From positions 1 to 16,114 of the forward strand of contig JBHLNT010000089.1 in assembly GCA_048941265.1 (NCBI GenBank): 16,114 nt of DNA, written 5' to 3'. Positions 13,198 to 16,114 of the stretch are shown piece after piece; positions within the stretch are counted from its first letter, which is position 1; every line of letters begins with the position of its first letter. The position numbers and the translations under genes are program-made. The stretch is from Promethearchaeota archaeon. GTDB taxonomy: Archaea; Asgardarchaeota; Lokiarchaeia; Sigyniarchaeales; SOKP01. The notes below the pieces were generated by a model. That model saw only the letters and a program-made list of their open reading frames with translations, was not told where the DNA came from and did no database searches.

Positions 13198-15396
13198 CTA
13201 TTTATCTTGGTATGGTTTAATATATTCTATTACATCATCATAATCAATTCTTAATTCTTTTATGAGCTTTATTGTAGGACATCCCTCTTTCGTCCAGCGG
13301 CGTTCCTTATATACCGCATCTTGAAGCTTTATATATTGATCTTCACGATATTCTCTCAAAAATTTGATCTTATCTTCCATAGTTAATCCATTTAATTCAA
13401 ATCCTAATTCTTTAAGTTGTTCATCGTATCTCTCCTTACGGCTTTCATATTCTATTTTTGTTACTGGTCCAACCGCACGATAAGGTAAGTTTGAGTCGTG
13501 TTCTCGAAGTCCCTTGCCTTGTCGAATATTAAAGATTCTCTGAAAATTATATACTCTTTCTGAATCCCTAACTAAGTCATCTATAGTTGAATCTCTTCCT
13601 GTCACTGCTGAAAAATATTGAGCATACCATTCAATATGATAAAGAATTTTAGCTTGAATTAATTCTCCTGTATCAGGATCCTTTATTGGCAGCTCATAAT
13701 TTTTTTCAGAAACTACATCGTTCCAAGGGAGCTTACATAGCCCATTTAGAGAGAACCAAGTTCTCCAATAGGGAAAAAATCGTAATGCTGCCGCTTTATC
13801 CCTAAAACTTGGGATTGAACCCCTAACGACATCTTCAAAAATTAACCATGCTTCGTCATGCTGGGGCCCTTTATTTGTGAATCCATAGCCTCCTTGCTGA
13901 GTGAGACTCTCTTTTGTAACATACTCAGAAAATTCTAAACCCTTATGTTCCATGCCAATGTCCTGAAGAAAGTTAGGATCCGCATTATATTTTTCAGTAA
14001 AAATGCGTTTCATTTCTTTTACACCTTGCCCAACAATAATACCAAATCCCTCTCCTCTTGCCATCTGATGAATTAACTCTAGAGCAGCTTCAGCATTACC
14101 GAATTTCAATTCAAGTCCATTAGTAAAGTCTCTATTAAGAATTCCTGCCTCATAACATTCCATTACAAATGCGATTCCTGTTCCAACAGAAATTGTATCT
14201 AATCCATAGGTATCACAATAGAAGTTAACTTCGAGCACCCATTCGGGATCCCAAACTCCCCAATTTGAACCACATCCTGCGATTGTTTCATATTCCGGCC
14301 CATCAACAATCATCTCTTCGCCCTTGAACGGACCAGTCTTTACTATATACCCACGCTTATAATGCGAACAACTTACAGAACAGCCAAGCCAACAACCATC
14401 AGCCCCGGTTCCTGTATCTTCTTTAAAGAGTTCATACCAAACTTGCCTATTAAACGGTATTTCTTTATCCTTAATTAGATGATGTTGACCAAATCGGAAA
14501 TTTTCTGTAGGAAGTAAATCGGTCGCATTCATTATATCTGGAAGATATCCAGTTCCAACAAAACGCATTTGATTATGACTAGGATCTAATTTTACTATCT
14601 CTCCGTGATGTTGTTTTCCAATTTTCCTCAAAGTATCCAGATCAGCTGGATTATTCATTTTAGCATCATATTTTGGAGCTCTACATACAAGTGCCTTTAA
14701 TTTTTTATCAGAAAAAACCGTCCCGATTCCACCCCTCCCTGCTTGCTTATAGGAAGCCCACTTTCTCCTTTTGCTAAACCAAGAAAAATTAAGCATGCCC
14801 CACCGTGTATATTTAGCAGCAGGTCCAGTACTTACGACGGAAATTTTCTGCATTTCCCCGGGACTTGGTTCTTTTGCATATTTCTCAGTCAGTTGCTGAG
14901 TTAAAATATGCGAAAATTCAGAGATTTTATCTGATTCAATCACTTCAATTATTTGAATAATGTGGTTTTGCCCATTAATATATAAAATTACTTCCCTTTC
15001 AGCTCTGCCTTGAATCTCGATAGCATCAAAACCAGAAAATTTTAGATATGGACCGAAATATCCTCCAACATTACTATCAATTACGATGCCCGTTAACGGA
15101 GAAATCGTTGTAACATTCGATTTTCCCGCACCAGGATAATATGTACTTGCTCCTAAAGGTCCTGTTGCAATGCAAATTTCATTTTCTGGATCATCCCAGT
15201 TAATGATTCTTTCTTTAGGAAGGCTATTCCACATAAGCCATAGATTAAATCCTTTTCCTCCAATGAATTTTTCTTTCATCTCTTTCGTGACTTTTTTGAT
15301 TTTAATCTCATTTGTACTCAAATTAATATATAATGTACGATTTGTATAACCTCTCTTAATATCTTGGTGATTATATTTTAGTTCTGCAATGATCAT
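13198..15396 (-). CDS. aor: Tungsten-dependent aldehyde:ferredoxin oxidoreductase family protein
   Basis: FIGGKG, TGPL, SPLTG..DSNVGGYFGPYLKFSGFDAI, AGRGGIGTVFSDKKLKA, Fe-S cysteines GCWLGCSVSC and GLCK, DGPEYET, CDTYGLDTIS and ERVYNFQRIFN. Confidence 0.95.
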   Translation of the reverse strand: MIIAELKYNHQDIKRGYTNRTLYINLSTNEIKIKKVTKEMKEKFIGGKGFNLWLMWNSLPKERIINWDDPENEICIATGPLGASTYYPGAGKSNVTTISPLTGIVIDSNVGGYFGPYLKFSGFDAIEIQGRAEREVILYINGQNHIIQIIEVIESDKISEFSHILTQQLTEKYAKEPSPGEMQKISVVSTGPAAKYTRWGMLNFSWFSKRRKWASYKQAGRGGIGTVFSDKKLKALVCRAPKYDAKMNNPADLDTLRKIGKQHHGEIVKLDPSHNQMRFVGTGYLPDIMNATDLLPTENFRFGQHHLIKDKEIPFNRQVWYELFKEDTGTGADGCWLGCSVSCSHYKRGYIVKTGPFKGEEMIVDGPEYETIAGCGSNWGVWDPEWVLEVNFYCDTYGLDTISVGTGIAFVMECYEAGILNRDFTNGLELKFGNAEAALELIHQMARGEGFGIIVGQGVKEMKRIFTEKYNADPNFLQDIGMEHKGLEFSEYVTKESLTQQGGYGFTNKGPQHDEAWLIFEDVVRGSIPSFRDKAAALRFFPYWRTWFSLNGLCKLPWNDVVSEKNYELPIKDPDTGELIQAKILYHIEWYAQYFSAVTGRDSTIDDLVRDSERVYNFQRIFNIRQGKGLREHDSNLPYRAVGPVTKIEYESRKERYDEQLKELGFELNGLTMEDKIKFLREYREDQYIKLQDAVYKERRWTKEGCPTIKLIKELRIDYDDVIEYIKPYQDK

Positions 15397-15640
15397 GAAT
15401 TGTTCACATCTTTAGTTCCTTCAATTTTATTTACGTTTGTGCTGATAATAAATCAAATAATTCAATTTAAATTAATTTTAATGTTTTAGAAAAAAGTAAA
15501 ATAATGTTAATCTTTTTGTACTCTTAAAAATTTTAGTTAAAAAATTTTTTGATTATATGAATTTGGAGATATGAAAAGTTATTTTAATTTTAGTTATTTA
15601 ACTATAATAATAAAGACTATTAAAATAAAAAATTTAAAAA

Positions 15641-15874
15641 ATGTCTCAACCTTCTTGGAAAGACCAAATTAAAAAAAAATGGGGTCCGCATTCCCATTGT
15701 AGTATATGTGGAAAAGCGATCCCCCCCGATAAAAAATTTTGCTCACAAGCTTGTAGAGATAAATATCTCGGATATGAACAGAAACAAAAAAGTAAAGGAA
15801 AAATTCAAATGATTTTCCTTTTAGCAATGATGGGAGCTATGTTCTTTCTACTCTTCTTCGTATGGCGTGTTTAA
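15641..15874 (+). CDS. DUF2116-like zinc-binding protein with C-terminal transmembrane helix
   Basis: PHSHCSICGKAIPPDKKFCSQAC followed by a basic linker and hydrophobic tail IQMIFLLAMMGAMFFLLFFVW. Confidence 0.85.
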   Translation: MSQPSWKDQIKKKWGPHSHCSICGKAIPPDKKFCSQACRDKYLGYEQKQKSKGKIQMIFLLAMMGAMFFLLFFVWRV

Positions 15875-16069
15875 TGGCTCTTTTTCTAAATAATTTCAAA
15901 TTTTATATTTATTTATGTAATGAAAACCGATAAGCTTAGTTTAAAGAGTATTATTAGTTAATGAAGATAATCCTAAATGAGTAGTCGATAGAAGATATAA
16001 CCTTATTTTGTAATTTGAAGGAAATATTTATTGAGAAAATTAATAGTATAATAATCTCTGAAATACAAT

Positions 16070-16087
16070 TCCGACATAAATCCGACA
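16070..16087. repeat. Tandem TCCGACA direct repeat with 11-bp period, candidate operator
   Basis: TCCGACA at 16070-16076 and 16081-16087 in intergenic DNA; same core and spacing as 403-420. Confidence 0.45.
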
Positions 16088-16114
16088 GAAATTAATATTG
16101 CTCAGATAATATTA

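Noticed and set aside
2881-15410. Recurrent GATGT upstream of starts (2884-2888, 5536-5540, 15406-15410) as a novel ribosome-binding motif
   Set aside because: Explained as one-mismatch variants of the standard GAGGT Shine-Dalgarno; too few cases.
1-16114. tRNA, rRNA, CRISPR array, IS element or provirus
   Set aside because: Intergenic regions are short and AT-rich with no cloverleaf or spaced repeat array; no transposase, integrase or capsid ORF was seen.

Overview
Very AT-rich archaeal chromosomal window; gene content and protein style fit an Asgard archaeon of the Lokiarchaeia (inference, no search run). It holds 18 supportable CDSs: a divergent wHTH/RHH regulator pair, an orphan Flp-type prepilin, a HIT hydrolase, a Nif3-like protein, a gamma-carbonic-anhydrase-like protein, a TFB paralog, a PfkB kinase, multi-OB RPA, a HisA/HisF-related protein, a RING-like zinc-finger protein, mfnB, a GNAT, proC, pantoate kinase, pyrH, a tungsten aldehyde:ferredoxin oxidoreductase and a DUF2116-like protein. 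No tRNA, rRNA, CRISPR array or transposase was seen. The most notable signals are: an ORB-like box (TTCCAGTGGAAATTATGGAGT) in AT-rich DNA at the left edge, suggesting a replication origin; two adjacent metalloprotein homologues that appear to have lost metal ligands; a bacterial-style Flp pilin with no assembly genes nearby; a C4H2C2 RING variant between two methanofuran-linked genes; and phased direct-repeat motifs that look like operators.
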